NCBI GenBank assembly: GCA_038523235.1 | Contig: JBCBJQ010000001.1 | Coordinates: 32,001-96,000, forward strand | Length of the DNA: 64,000 bases | Direction of reading: 5' to 3' | Source: Cyanobacteria bacterium J06626_4 | Lineage (GTDB): Bacteria > Cyanobacteriota > Cyanobacteriia > Phormidesmidales > Phormidesmidaceae | In this document: positions 1 through 13,840 of the stretch, one piece after another | Position numbering within the stretch: the stretch's first letter is position 1 | Layout of the letters: each line of letters begins with the position of its first letter | Notes under the pieces: model-generated | What the model was told of the DNA's origin: nothing | The model's input: only the letters and a program-made list of their open reading frames with translations | Databases searched by the model: none | Translations under genes and position numbers: made by a program

Positions 1-8
1 AGGGGAAA

Positions 9-50
9 GTAACGGGTTTTGCCTCTTCAAAATTGATAGACCGTTAGTTT
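9..50 (+). promoter_or_regulatory. Candidate NtcA-activated (class II) promoter
   Basis: GTA-ACGGGTTT-TGC (9-22, one mismatch to GTAN8TAC), then exactly 22 nt, then TAGTTT (45-50, TAN3T); upstream of the oxoprolinase gene. Confidence 0.4.
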
Positions 51-101
51 TGTCGATAATTTCCGACGAATTCTCATTCATTGATTCGAGTTAAAGCATC
101 C

Positions 102-3100
102 ATGCATCAAACCGAGGCACATACCGGCACCAGCAAGTCTGATGACAAGTGGCAGTTTTGGATCGACCGAGGCGGCACATTTACTGACGTGGTGGCCAAG
201 CGACCCAACGGCGAAATCATCGTGCATAAGCTGCTGTCTGAGAATCCTGAGCAGTATCAAGATGCGCCCGTTCAGGGGATTCGTGACTGTTTGCAGCTAG
301 GGCCAGACGAGCCGATCCCGGCTGAGCGGATTGCGGGGATTAAGATGGGCACGACGGTGGCGACCAATGCACTGCTAGAGCATCAGGGCGATCGCACCCT
401 ATTTGTCACCACCCAAGGCTTTGGCGATGCCCTCAGAATCGGCTATCAAAATCGGCCCCAGATCTTTGCTCGCGAAATTGTGCTGCCGCAGATGCTCTAT
501 GAGCAGGTGGTCGAAGTTGAGGAGAGAATCAGCGCTCAGGGTGAGGTGTTGACACCGCTGCAATCAGACGCGGCCCGCAGTCATCTACAGACAGCTTACG
601 ATGCAGGAATTCGCAGCTGTGCGATCGCCCTGATGCATGGCTACCGCTACCCTCAGCACGAGCAAGCTCTAGGTGAACTGGCCCAGCAAATCGGCTTCAC
701 TCAAATCTCGCTCTCCCATCAGGTCAGCCCGCTGATGAAACTGGTCAGCCGGGGCGATACGACGGTCGTGGATGCTTACCTGTCGCCGATTTTACGGCGC
801 TATGTGGATCGGGTAACTAGTCAGATTTCCGGGGTCGATCATGCGCCACCGCTGATGTTTATGCAGTCGAATGGCGGCTTGAGTGACGCTCAATTCTTTC
901 AGGGCAAAGACAGCATTCTCTCGGGTCCGGCTGGGGGCATTGTGGGGGCGGTGAAAACGAGTGAGCTGGCCGGATTCGAAAAAATTATTAGCTTTGATAT
1001 GGGCGGCACCTCTACCGATGTGGCGCACTATGCCGGTGAATATGAGCGCACGTTTGAGTCAGAAGTCGCAGGCGTGCGGCTGCGCACGCCGATGATGGCC
1101 ATTAATACGGTGGCGGCGGGTGGGGGCTCCATTGTGCAGTATGACGGCAGTCGCTATCGCGTGGGGCCTGCGTCTGCCGGGGCAAATCCGGGTCCGGCAA
1201 GCTATGGCCGGGGCGGGCCGCTCACTGTCACGGACTGTAATGTGCAGGTGGGTAAACTGCAGCCCGATTTCTTCCCCAAGGTGTTTGGCCCCAACGCGGA
1301 TGCGCCTTTGAATTCACAGGCCGTAGCAGAGAAATTTGAGCAGCTCGCGGCTGAAATTGGCGATGGCCGGAGTGTCGCGGCAGTGGCCGATGGGTTTTTG
1401 AGTATCGCGGTGGAGAAGATGGCCAGCGCGATCAAACAAATCTCGCTGCAAAAAGGCTATGACGTGTCCAAATACGCGCTCTGTTGCTTTGGCGGCGCGG
1501 GCGGGCAGCATGCCTGTTTGATTGCGGCGGCGCTGGGCATGAAGCGGATTTTGATTCATCCCTACGCGGGGGTGCTGTCGGCCTATGGCATTGGCCTGGC
1601 GGAATTGCGCGTATTGCGAGAAGGCTCCGTTGAAGCCCCGCTGACAGCGGACTTAGACCTGTCGCCTCGCTTTGACGAACTGATAGCCGATGCCGAGAAC
1701 GAACTTGCGCAGCAGTCCGTGCAGCCAATTGATGTGGAAACCCGGCGGCGATCGCATTTGAAATATGACGGCACTGACTCGACGCTGCTGGTCGAGTTTG
1801 ACACGGCGGAGCGGATGCAACAGCAGTTTGAAACCCAGCATCAGCAGCGCTATGGCTTTATCGCTGAAGGCAAAACCCTGGTAGTAGAGGCTATTTCGAT
1901 CGAGCTAGTGGCGCAAACTCAGCAGGCCGACGAACCGCGACAAGAACGCCAGTCGGCAGATGCCCCGCAGCCGGTGGCCCACACGAAGATTTACACCGCT
2001 GAAGACTGGCACGAGACGCCGATTTATCAGCGGCCAGATTTGCAACCCGGCGATCTCATTTCCGGGCCGGCGCTGATTATTGAAGCCACTGGCACCAATG
2101 TGGTTGAACCGAACTGGCAGGTTGAGGTGAGCGATCGCAACTACCTCATCCTCACGCATCAAGCTTCAGCAGAGACGTCAGAGAGTACCGACATCAGCAG
2201 CGCGACCGTTGATCCCGTCATGCTGGAAATCTTCAATAATCTGTTCCGCTCGATCGCCGAGCAGATGGGCACCACGCTGCAAAACACGAGCTATTCGGTG
2301 AATATCAAAGAACGGCTCGATTTTTCCTGCGCCATCTTTGACCAAAACGGGCAACTCGTCGCGAATGCGCCCCACATTCCCGTGCATTTGGGGTCGATGA
2401 GTGAGAGTGTCAAATCGCTGATCAACAGCCGGGGGGACGCGCTGCAACCGGGGGATGTGTATATCTTGAACAATCCCTACCACGGCGGCACCCACTTGCC
2501 CGATGTCACCGCCATTACTCCCGTCTTTGAAGCCGGGCAAGACACGGTGCTGTTTTATCTGGCTTCGCGCGGGCACCATGCGGATATTGGGGGCATCACG
2601 CCCGGGTCAATGCCCTCCAATAGTACGTCGGTAGAGCAGGAAGGCGTGTTGTTTGACAACTTTCAACTCGTTGAGGCGGGCCAGTTTCGCGAAGCCGAAC
2701 TGCAAGAGAGGTTGACCGCAGGCCAGTATCCGGTGCGCAATCCGACTCAAAATATTGCCGATTTACAGGCGCAGATTGCAGCGAATGAGAAAGGCGTACA
2801 AGAGCTGCTGCGGATGCTGGAGCAGTATGGGTTAGCGACCGTGCAAGCCTACATGGGCTATGTGCAAGACAATGCGGAAGCAGCAGTGCGGCGAGCGATT
2901 GATCGGCTGGGCAATGGCCGCTTTACTTATGAGCTGGATAGTGGCGATCGCATCCAAGTCACCATTCAAATTCACAAGGGCGATCGCAGCGCCACGATTG
3001 ACTTTTCCGGCACCTCACCCCAGCTCAACAACAACTTTAATGCGCCCGCTGCTGTCTGCAAGGCGGCGGTTCTCTACGTCTTTAGAACCCTGGTCGATGA

Positions 3101-3737
3101 CGATATTCCGCTCAATGCTGGCTGTCTCAAACCCTTGAAGATTGTCATTCCCGAGGGCTGTTTGCTCAATCCGGAATATCCCGCTGCGGTGGTAGCCGGT
3201 AATGTCGAAACCTCACAGGCGATCGTCGATACGCTGTATGGCGCTTTAGGCGTCTTAGCTGCCTCTCAAGGCACGATGAACAACTTCACCTTTGGCAATC
3301 AGCTCTACCAATACTACGAGACCATCTGCGGCGGGTCTGGCGCGGGGCCTGACTTTGCGGGCACAGACGCCGTGCAAACTCACATGACCAACTCTCACCT
3401 GACTGATCCAGAAGTCCTGGAATGGCGATTTCCCGTGCTTTTAGAAAGCTTCTCGATTCGACCCAACAGCGGCGGTGCGGGCCAGTATCGTGGGGGGCAT
3501 GGGGTGATTCGGCGGCTGCAGTTCACCGAACCGATGACCGCAGCGATTCTCTCTAGCCACCGTCGGCTTCCCCCCTTTGGACAGGCGGGTGGCGCAGCCG
3601 GTACCATCGGCCACAACTGGATTCAACGCCACGATGGCAGCCGCGAAGACCTCGCTGGCACCGCCACAGTGGATATGGCGGCAGGCGATACGTTTGTCAT
3701 CGAAACTCCCGGTGGTGGCGGCTTTGGCAGCCAATAA
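102..3737 (+). CDS. 5-oxoprolinase (fused hydantoinase A/B, ATP-hydrolysing)
   Basis: About 1210 aa with WIDRGGTFTD, GTTVATNALLE, DMGGTSTD, SVNIKERLDFSCA, HIPVHLGSM and C-terminal ETPGGGGFG. ATG at 102 preferred to TTG at 81. Confidence 0.92.
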   Translation: MHQTEAHTGTSKSDDKWQFWIDRGGTFTDVVAKRPNGEIIVHKLLSENPEQYQDAPVQGIRDCLQLGPDEPIPAERIAGIKMGTTVATNALLEHQGDRTLFVTTQGFGDALRIGYQNRPQIFAREIVLPQMLYEQVVEVEERISAQGEVLTPLQSDAARSHLQTAYDAGIRSCAIALMHGYRYPQHEQALGELAQQIGFTQISLSHQVSPLMKLVSRGDTTVVDAYLSPILRRYVDRVTSQISGVDHAPPLMFMQSNGGLSDAQFFQGKDSILSGPAGGIVGAVKTSELAGFEKIISFDMGGTSTDVAHYAGEYERTFESEVAGVRLRTPMMAINTVAAGGGSIVQYDGSRYRVGPASAGANPGPASYGRGGPLTVTDCNVQVGKLQPDFFPKVFGPNADAPLNSQAVAEKFEQLAAEIGDGRSVAAVADGFLSIAVEKMASAIKQISLQKGYDVSKYALCCFGGAGGQHACLIAAALGMKRILIHPYAGVLSAYGIGLAELRVLREGSVEAPLTADLDLSPRFDELIADAENELAQQSVQPIDVETRRRSHLKYDGTDSTLLVEFDTAERMQQQFETQHQQRYGFIAEGKTLVVEAISIELVAQTQQADEPRQERQSADAPQPVAHTKIYTAEDWHETPIYQRPDLQPGDLISGPALIIEATGTNVVEPNWQVEVSDRNYLILTHQASAETSESTDISSATVDPVMLEIFNNLFRSIAEQMGTTLQNTSYSVNIKERLDFSCAIFDQNGQLVANAPHIPVHLGSMSESVKSLINSRGDALQPGDVYILNNPYHGGTHLPDVTAITPVFEAGQDTVLFYLASRGHHADIGGITPGSMPSNSTSVEQEGVLFDNFQLVEAGQFREAELQERLTAGQYPVRNPTQNIADLQAQIAANEKGVQELLRMLEQYGLATVQAYMGYVQDNAEAAVRRAIDRLGNGRFTYELDSGDRIQVTIQIHKGDRSATIDFSGTSPQLNNNFNAPAAVCKAAVLYVFRTLVDDDIPLNAGCLKPLKIVIPEGCLLNPEYPAAVVAGNVETSQAIVDTLYGALGVLAASQGTMNNFTFGNQLYQYYETICGGSGAGPDFAGTDAVQTHMTNSHLTDPEVLEWRFPVLLESFSIRPNSGGAGQYRGGHGVIRRLQFTEPMTAAILSSHRRLPPFGQAGGAAGTIGHNWIQRHDGSREDLAGTATVDMAAGDTFVIETPGGGGFGSQ

Positions 3738-3837
3738 AAGCGGTAGTTAAATCGGCTCTAGGGGTGCGCTCGAAATAAAATTACGCTCAAAATCCTCACC
3801 TCCAAGCTCGCTGGGCAGGCTCCACCCTCACTCCCTC

Positions 3838-4626
3838 ATGCAATCTCTAAAGTCACTGACACCCCAAGACGTTCGACTTCAATGTCGCAGCGGGGCTCTC
3901 GATCAGCCCACAGCGGGACTCACACTGGGCTACGTGCAAACCAACCTGGTGATTTTGCCCAGTCACTTAGCAGCTGAGTTCTTGTTGTTTTGCCAGCAAA
4001 ATCACCAGCCCTGCCCGGTTTTAGAAGTCTTAGATCAAGGCAATCCAGAACCGCAGCAGTTTGCCCCAGCGGCTGACATCCGTACCGACCTGCCCGGCTA
4101 TCGCGTGTTTAGGGAAGGCAAGTTAATAGAAGAGCGCACCGAGATCGCATCGCTATGGACAGATGATCTAGTCGGCTTTCTAATTGGGTGTTCCTTCTCT
4201 TTTGAGGAGGCCATGCTGAAGGCCGGGCTAACGATTCGCCATATTGAAGAAAATAAGAATGTGCCCATGTATCGCACAGCGCTGCTCTGCCAGCCGACCG
4301 ATCGCTTTTCTGGGCCAATGGTAGTTTCGATGCGGCCCCTCCCTACCGACCAAATTGCCCAAGCGGTAGACATTACCGGGCGATACGAACAGGTTCACGG
4401 TGCGCCGGTGCATATCGGCGATCCGGCTGAGATTGGCATTCAAGATATCTCTAGTCCGGACTACGGCGAGGCGGTGACCATTCATCCAGGGGAAATACCA
4501 GTATTTTGGGCCTGCGGCGTCACGCCGCAAGCGGCCCTTATGCAAGCTAAACCGGAGCTAGCGATTACCCATGCACCCGGCTGTATGCTCGTCACCGATG
4601 TGAAGAACGAGTCGCTACGTCAATAG
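3838..4626 (+). CDS. DUF1445 putative hydro-lyase (YcsI / D-glutamate cyclase family)
   Basis: Motifs QTNLVILP, DIRTDLPGY, GCSFSFE, HGAPVHIGDP, PVFWACGVTPQ, ITHAPGCM. Confidence 0.88.
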   Translation: MQSLKSLTPQDVRLQCRSGALDQPTAGLTLGYVQTNLVILPSHLAAEFLLFCQQNHQPCPVLEVLDQGNPEPQQFAPAADIRTDLPGYRVFREGKLIEERTEIASLWTDDLVGFLIGCSFSFEEAMLKAGLTIRHIEENKNVPMYRTALLCQPTDRFSGPMVVSMRPLPTDQIAQAVDITGRYEQVHGAPVHIGDPAEIGIQDISSPDYGEAVTIHPGEIPVFWACGVTPQAALMQAKPELAITHAPGCMLVTDVKNESLRQ

Positions 4627-4788
4627 GACTGGCGGTTACAGAGTACGTGTCAACGCTGAAACTGGCCGATGAGACAGCGCTAAACGTCAGCGTTTGAGTC
4701 ATCTCAACCTCACCTGGCAATGGTCCTCGATGCGGCCTCTACGGCCTCTGGCTCCTTCTGTTTCAACGCGCCCTTTGTCCGCCACAGC

Positions 4789-5361
4789 TCACCCCTCTAC
4801 TCGCCTTCCCTCCTCTTCAACCAGCGACTTGTACAGCATCACCGCATCGACATAGCGTCCGTCTGGTAAATAGGCTGCCTGAGGCACCCGCCCAATCTCG
4901 TGAAATCCCAAAGACTGCCATAGCTTGAGAGAAGGCACATTGGTTTCAAACACGAGGTTATACATCACGGCGCGGTAACCGCGATCGCGGGCGACATCCA
5001 GCATGACTTCTCCCATCAGACGGCCCAGCCCCTGACCTCGCATTTGAGGGGTTACAATGAATCCGGCATTACCAATGTGGCTACAGCGCCCAGGAAAGTT
5101 GGGTTTGAGATAGAATGCCCCCACGACCTGAGCCGAGTTGTTCACATCAGCTGGCGCTGGCAGGCGCACGACAAACGCCTCGCCTTTCAGCCAATAATTC
5201 GCAAAAGCCTCTACCGAAAGGGGGGCCGATTGAGGATAACTCACCCCGTCTAACACGATCTGATTCAGCATTTCCCTTACCCCAGTCGCTTCGTGGGGCT
5301 GCATCAGGTCAACACAGACAGGGAGTTCAGACTTGGTGTGACGGTAAATGGGGAGATCCAT
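4789..5361 (-). CDS. GNAT family N-acetyltransferase
   Basis: YLKPNFPGRCSHIGNAGF, acetyl-CoA motif RGQGLG, NLVFETN..SLKLWQSLGF. Confidence 0.85.
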   Translation of the reverse strand: MDLPIYRHTKSELPVCVDLMQPHEATGVREMLNQIVLDGVSYPQSAPLSVEAFANYWLKGEAFVVRLPAPADVNNSAQVVGAFYLKPNFPGRCSHIGNAGFIVTPQMRGQGLGRLMGEVMLDVARDRGYRAVMYNLVFETNVPSLKLWQSLGFHEIGRVPQAAYLPDGRYVDAVMLYKSLVEEEGRRVEG

Positions 5362-5411
5362 AGACGATCAGGCTAAGGCATCAAAGGTTTGTTGATTGAT
5401 TTGAGTGTGGC

Positions 5412-8597
<3,186 letters not shown>

Positions 8598-9103
8598 CCA
8601 CAGTCGTCTACAGCAGAAGTCAGATGCGGCAAGTTTGGAAGTCAGCGTTGAAGGGGTAATTAAATCGCCATTTCAGCCATCCGGAGTCCCTTGATCAAAG
8701 TGCCGCTGGTCAAAAGCCTCCAGATCACTGAACCTGAGTTACCAGCCCCATCAGGCGAATGGGAGACAGATGCGAGTAGGGTCTAATTTCCCAAGTCCTC
8801 AAGGCTTGACCAGACATTGATAGCGCGCCCCAGCAGCGCTATGAGCCATAGTTTTGCCCCTCTGGATGCCGAATTTTGTGCCCTACAGCGAGCCGCAGTC
8901 AAGCTTGGGCACTTTTGAGCGCTTTCGGCAAGCCCCTTCCCTGTACCTTGAACCCTGCCTTTTTACCCTCTGTAATAGGACAAAAAGACTTTAGTCTCGT
9001 TCAAGGCGGCAAAATTTCCATCCCAACATTCTTTCACACCAGGCAAAAGAGGAGCGGTACCGCTGCAGTTGGGATAGTGCTGGCCAGAGACCGTTGTCTC
9101 GCT

Positions 9104-9451
9104 TTAGTCTTCGTCTTCGTCAGAAAGGAGAGAACCAGTGAGGGAAACTTCCATTTCCATGCGCTGTTCCATCTGACGCAAGAAATAGCCCGTCATCATG
9201 GCCGATGCCAACAGACCAGCGAGGTTCTCGCGATCAGTCGTGATCTGGACGTTGAAGCCATCGCCCGGCAAGACTCCGATGAGCCCCTGGACATTTTGAG
9301 AAATAATTTGTTTGATCTCGGGAGTGACCGCCTGGGCTACTCGGCTCAACACATCAGGCGACTGATGTTTGAGATATTGAAGCAGCTGGTTGCCCGCCTC
9401 ATCATCGACGTGCAGACCAACAAAATCAACGCGCTCAGGGTTAAATGTCAT
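9104..9451 (-). CDS. DUF760 domain protein
   Basis: N.LLQYL..QSP and NLAGLLASAMMTGYFLRQMEQR, typical of this cyanobacterial/plastid family. Confidence 0.85.
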   Translation of the reverse strand: MTFNPERVDFVGLHVDDEAGNQLLQYLKHQSPDVLSRVAQAVTPEIKQIISQNVQGLIGVLPGDGFNVQITTDRENLAGLLASAMMTGYFLRQMEQRMEMEVSLTGSLLSDEDED

Positions 9452-9844
9452 AAAGCTCTGTTTACTATCTCCCTTAACCTCAGATTCAATGACTTGATTA
9501 TTCCAGTCATTGTAGTGCTCAGATGCTTGATATTTTTACCTGAATCGAAGCATTTCAGCTTGATTCATCTTCAAACAACGGGATTTTGGACTCGATTGTG
9601 CTACTACTTTAGCAAATGATTGGCTTTTGCCCAGGGTCTGTCACCATTTCGGCAGGATCTGACGTGTAGCAAACATTTTTTTACAGTGTGCGGAGTTTGT
9701 CTCCCCGTGCTCAGACTCTCGCTAGTCATCTGGTCAAGGCCGGGGCGCAGAGGGGGCAGCTGGCTTCAGCACAGCGGTCTTACCGGCCCTGGCAAATGGT
9801 GTGGCAATGCGTGCGGTTAGGCTTCGCCTCATTAGTAAAGCCGC

Positions 9845-10483
9845 CTAGGAAACTGCTTCTGAAGAGGCCAGACTAGTATTGTCTGACTCGACAGTTCCAG
9901 ATACCGCTGCGGCTAACGCTTCGGGCTCGGCGGGGATGGTTGGCTCTGCTTCAGCTTCGCTCGCCGGTACTGCTTCGGCCTCAGAATTAGCCACTGGCGG
10001 CACGACTTTTTGCGTAAACGCCGGTAAATCGTCAATTTCAAAATGCTGGTGAAACTTGTTGGTCACCTGCAGCCAGAACGATCGCCCGTCTGCCTGACGA
10101 CGCTTGCGCACGAACCCTAGCCGCACTAATTCATGCACATGCTGATAGGCCCCCGACCCGCGCAGATCAATCAAATCAGTTTGGGCCAGGGGGCCACGCA
10201 GGGCGATCGCCGCTAGCGTACGCAAAGCGCCAACCCCCAGATCGAGGGGAATCAGGGTATCGACCAAATGACGAAAGCCTGATTTGAGCTGCAGACAATA
10301 CCCCTCTTTGGTTTCAATAATTTCGAGGGCGCTTTCACGATGGGCATATTCGTTCATCAGCTCCATCAGTCCCTCTTCGGCCATTTCGCGATCGCACCCC
10401 GCATGCTCGGCGAGGCGGGCAATGTTGAGGGGGCGTCCCTTGAGATACAGGATGGCTTCGATGACGCTGGCCAGTTTAGGCAT
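9845..10483 (-). CDS. scpB: SMC-Scp complex subunit ScpB
   Basis: IEAILY, ALRTLAAIA, LIDLRG, VT.KFHQHF; acidic Ala/Pro-rich tail. Confidence 0.9.
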   Translation of the reverse strand: MPKLASVIEAILYLKGRPLNIARLAEHAGCDREMAEEGLMELMNEYAHRESALEIIETKEGYCLQLKSGFRHLVDTLIPLDLGVGALRTLAAIALRGPLAQTDLIDLRGSGAYQHVHELVRLGFVRKRRQADGRSFWLQVTNKFHQHFEIDDLPAFTQKVVPPVANSEAEAVPASEAEAEPTIPAEPEALAAAVSGTVESDNTSLASSEAVS

Positions 10484-10491
10484 CGTGGCGG

Positions 10492-11343
10492 TTAATCCAG
10501 ATTGCGACCGGTGAGTTCTACAAAGATATCTTCTAAATTCGATGGGCGAGTCATCATACCGATTTTGTCGGGCTGCTGGTCAAAGTATTCGTTGGCTGCC
10601 ACCAGCGTTGGAAAGAACTGATATTCCCAGCGATCGCCTTGCTGTTTCATGACAATGCCCTCGCCATGCTTCTGGCGTAGCTCTTCGACGGTGCCCAGCT
10701 CAATCAGCTGTCCCTGGTCGAGAATGCCGACGCGATCGCAGAGGAATTCCACTTCTTCCATATAGTGGCTGGTCAGCAGCATGGTCATGCCCTGGCGATT
10801 GAGATTCCGAATGATTTCCCACAGGCGGCGGCGCGCTTGTGGATCGAGCCCCACCGTGGGCTCATCTAAAAACAGGATTTTTGGATTGTGCAGCAGGGCG
10901 CGGGCAATTTGCAGTCGCCGCTTCATACCGCCCGAGAGAGTTTTGACTTTGCTGTCGCGGCGATCGCTCAGGTCGACAAAATCGAGCCATTCTTGGATGC
11001 GTTTTTGTCGCGGCCCAGCGGGGATATGGTGCATCCGGCCATGCAGTTCCATATTTTCCCAAACGGTCAGATCGCCATCAACGCTGGTTTGCTGCAAGAC
11101 GACGCCAATTTGTTCGCGCACCTGCGTCGGCTGACGCTGCACGTCGTGGCCCGCGACCACCAGATTGCCGTCGGAGGGTTGGGTCAGGGTGGTCAACATG
11201 CGAATAGTGGTTGATTTGCCCGCGCCATTGGGGCCTAGCAGGCCGAAGCTCTCGCCCGGTTGAATGAGTAGAGACAGATCGTTGACCACATGCACGTTGC
11301 CATAGACCTTATGCAAATTTTGAACACAAACAGCGGCTGTCAT
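10492..11343 (-). CDS. ABC transporter ATP-binding protein (DrrA/NodI-like)
   Basis: GPNGAGKST, LSGGMKRR, LDEPTVGLDP; lies just upstream of scpB on the same strand. Confidence 0.9.
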   Translation of the reverse strand: MTAAVCVQNLHKVYGNVHVVNDLSLLIQPGESFGLLGPNGAGKSTTIRMLTTLTQPSDGNLVVAGHDVQRQPTQVREQIGVVLQQTSVDGDLTVWENMELHGRMHHIPAGPRQKRIQEWLDFVDLSDRRDSKVKTLSGGMKRRLQIARALLHNPKILFLDEPTVGLDPQARRRLWEIIRNLNRQGMTMLLTSHYMEEVEFLCDRVGILDQGQLIELGTVEELRQKHGEGIVMKQQGDRWEYQFFPTLVAANEYFDQQPDKIGMMTRPSNLEDIFVELTGRNLD

Positions 11344-11481
11344 AACTTTGTCGGCGAGCACTCAACGAAAGGGTTGGAAATAAGTGCCCAATAAATTTAA
11401 GGTATCAAAAGCCTGGGCCGCCATTGCGGTCATTGCCCAAATTTGCGGGCCCGGCGTGCCGTCCATTTTTGCCCTGACCCT

Positions 11482-11793
11482 ATGCGCTGTCGCCTTGATT
11501 TTCCGATTTTGCTGCTGCACAAAGATGATGTGCCGCCCTACAAAAAACAGGGACCGGTGGTGCGCAACAGTTACTTTTGGGCGCTGAAATCCATCGCGGA
11601 TACGGCTCGGTTTGATCAGCCCTGGGAGTTTGATCAATCGGTGTGGGTGGCGCTGTGTCGTCTGCTCAACTCGTTTGCATTGTCAGGCTATTTGGGCGAT
11701 CGCGAAACGCTACTTGAATTTCCCCCCGATGCGGAAATTCCCGATAGCCTATGCTCCATCAGTACCTGGGCTGCCGATGAGAGTTGGGAGTAG
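11482..11793 (+). CDS. Hypothetical protein (probably conserved in cyanobacteria)
   Basis: 103-aa ORF from ATG 11482 (MRCRLDFPILL..NSYFWAL..SGYL) with protein-like composition, filling the intergenic gap. Confidence 0.7.
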   Translation: MRCRLDFPILLLHKDDVPPYKKQGPVVRNSYFWALKSIADTARFDQPWEFDQSVWVALCRLLNSFALSGYLGDRETLLEFPPDAEIPDSLCSISTWAADESWE

Positions 11794-12068
11794 GGCAGTA
11801 TTCAGTCCTAGCGATCGCGGATACATTTGCAGAGCAAAGGCTTATGATGCGATCTCGCCACTCCAAACAATGAAAATCCGGGTGTTCGCTGCGGATGGGT
11901 GGCTCAGAAAGTAGGCTGGAAACTCAATGTCATCCGCTGGGAATTGACCTCACCCTACACGGAGGTTATTTTCTGAAACAAATTAAAAATGGTGTCAGCC
12001 CTCAGGCTGCAAAGCGCCCTTGGAAGAATGCTGCTCCATTCTAGAAAAACAGAGAGTAGAGCATACAG

Positions 12069-13736
12069 ATGATCAAGCGACTTTACATTTTGATTTTGCT
12101 GGGTTTCCTAACGGTTGCGATCTCATCGAGCTGCGTCGGCCTAAACCCTCGGATTTCCGATACTCAGACAAATACTGAAGCCTCAACTCAATCCAGGATG
12201 ATTGACATTCCGGTTGTGGGAGGTAATCCTCCCGAATCCGTTTCGCTGGAATGCTTTGTCGATGGCAAAAAGGGATACATGGACGTCACAGGCAAGCTGG
12301 TCATCCCGAGGTGCTTTGATTCAGTCTCTGCCTTTTCAGACAGTGTTGCCCGAGTCAAAATAGCTCCCTTGTCTGAAGGGGCAGATAACTTATGGGGGTA
12401 CATCAACCTGGATGGGCATTTCCTCATCCCGCCCAGGCTGGTGGGCAATCAATTTGTCGAGAGTTCTGGTATGGAAGGATTTCAGGGATATTCCTCTTTC
12501 TCTGAGGGGTTACTGCCGCTGAAGCAAGAAGTGAGTGGCAGGGTTGGTTACATCAACTATTCCGGCGAGTTTGTAATTCCGCCTCAATTCACTATCGCTA
12601 AACCCTTTCACGAGGGGTTAGCTGCGATTTGTGTTGAAGCAGAGCAATGCGGCTACATTAATACGCTTGGAGAGATTGTTGTGGAAACGCGATATCAAGC
12701 AACGCGCTCTTTTTACAACGGAGTTGCAGTAGTTTCGCTTCCTGGCCCTGGCGATCTAAAAACGACAACTCCTTATGAAATTTATGATTTCTTCGGCTTG
12801 ATTAATCGCGCTGGTGAGTATCTCGTTCCACCCGAATTGAATAAAGTGCGCTTGCTGGAACGCTTTCTGGGAATAGGGGTGGATGATCCTATAAGGCATC
12901 TAGATACTCCTTTCAGTCCAGAGGGTTTGTTACCCGTGCGTGTACCCTACAGTGAAGCAGAAGTAGCTGATTTCTATGCTTTATCTCTATATCCGCCAAC
13001 GGATGGTGTAGAAGCTAATTTGGGTCACGGCCGATGGGGCTATGCCATCAAAACGGGAGGATATGCGATTGAACCTCGATATTGGCAGGCAGGCTTATTC
13101 AAAAATGGGTATGCAGACGTTGTGATTGCTGAAGGGGATACTGATTACCCTCAAGAGTTTTGGAATCGCTCTGCTGTCATTGACGCTGAAGGTCATCTTA
13201 TTGACCGTGAAGGCGAAGCTTACCTCAACAGCAACTTAGAGAGGCACTTATCAGCATCAGATGATATCTACCTTGCATTTGACTCCTTCTTTTCCCAAGG
13301 TCTAGCAGCAGCAGCTTTCAAGCCAAGAGATCAGTTTGCACGAAAAAATGTTGGCTACGTCAATGCCCAGGGGACTTTTGTGATCGAACCGCAGTTTGAC
13401 CGGGCAGAAGCGTTTGCGGCTAATGGTTTGGCTGTGGTCACCATTCGGGCAGAGAATGAAGACGAGGCTGATTTGCAGGGGCTGATTGATTACTCGGGCA
13501 ACTTTCTGATTGAGCCGCTCGCTGCAGACCTCAAGATTTTTGATAACGGGCTAGTCGGCATCTCTTCCTTTACCGGAGAGAAATATGACCAGCTTCAGGG
13601 TAAGCGGTTAATCTTTGTCCCGACTACTCAGCGTTTTTTGCCCTACTATGCCAGTTATGCTGATGGTCGTAGTGAGTTTGATGTGGAGGGGTTCATTCCT
13701 ATCGTGGGTAAGATACCTGAGGATTTTCGTCTTTGA
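12069..13736 (+). CDS. WG (KWG) repeat-containing putative lipoprotein
   Basis: Repeated GY(I/M)(N/D)..G..vI.P.F..a..F.EGLA units; N-terminal hydrophobic stretch ending ISSSC. Confidence 0.85.
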   Translation: MIKRLYILILLGFLTVAISSSCVGLNPRISDTQTNTEASTQSRMIDIPVVGGNPPESVSLECFVDGKKGYMDVTGKLVIPRCFDSVSAFSDSVARVKIAPLSEGADNLWGYINLDGHFLIPPRLVGNQFVESSGMEGFQGYSSFSEGLLPLKQEVSGRVGYINYSGEFVIPPQFTIAKPFHEGLAAICVEAEQCGYINTLGEIVVETRYQATRSFYNGVAVVSLPGPGDLKTTTPYEIYDFFGLINRAGEYLVPPELNKVRLLERFLGIGVDDPIRHLDTPFSPEGLLPVRVPYSEAEVADFYALSLYPPTDGVEANLGHGRWGYAIKTGGYAIEPRYWQAGLFKNGYADVVIAEGDTDYPQEFWNRSAVIDAEGHLIDREGEAYLNSNLERHLSASDDIYLAFDSFFSQGLAAAAFKPRDQFARKNVGYVNAQGTFVIEPQFDRAEAFAANGLAVVTIRAENEDEADLQGLIDYSGNFLIEPLAADLKIFDNGLVGISSFTGEKYDQLQGKRLIFVPTTQRFLPYYASYADGRSEFDVEGFIPIVGKIPEDFRL

Positions 13737-13840
13737 GCTTGACCCGAAGAATGAGGCAGCTTGGTCATCTACGGAACCGAGTGATAACAACTACAGATCA
13801 GTAGAGGGCTAGGAAAAGTTTGATTTTCAGAGCCACTGCC

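Noticed and set aside
8876..9619. 247-aa plus-strand ORF
   Set aside because: Antisense shadow of the DUF760 gene; TTG start and no motifs.
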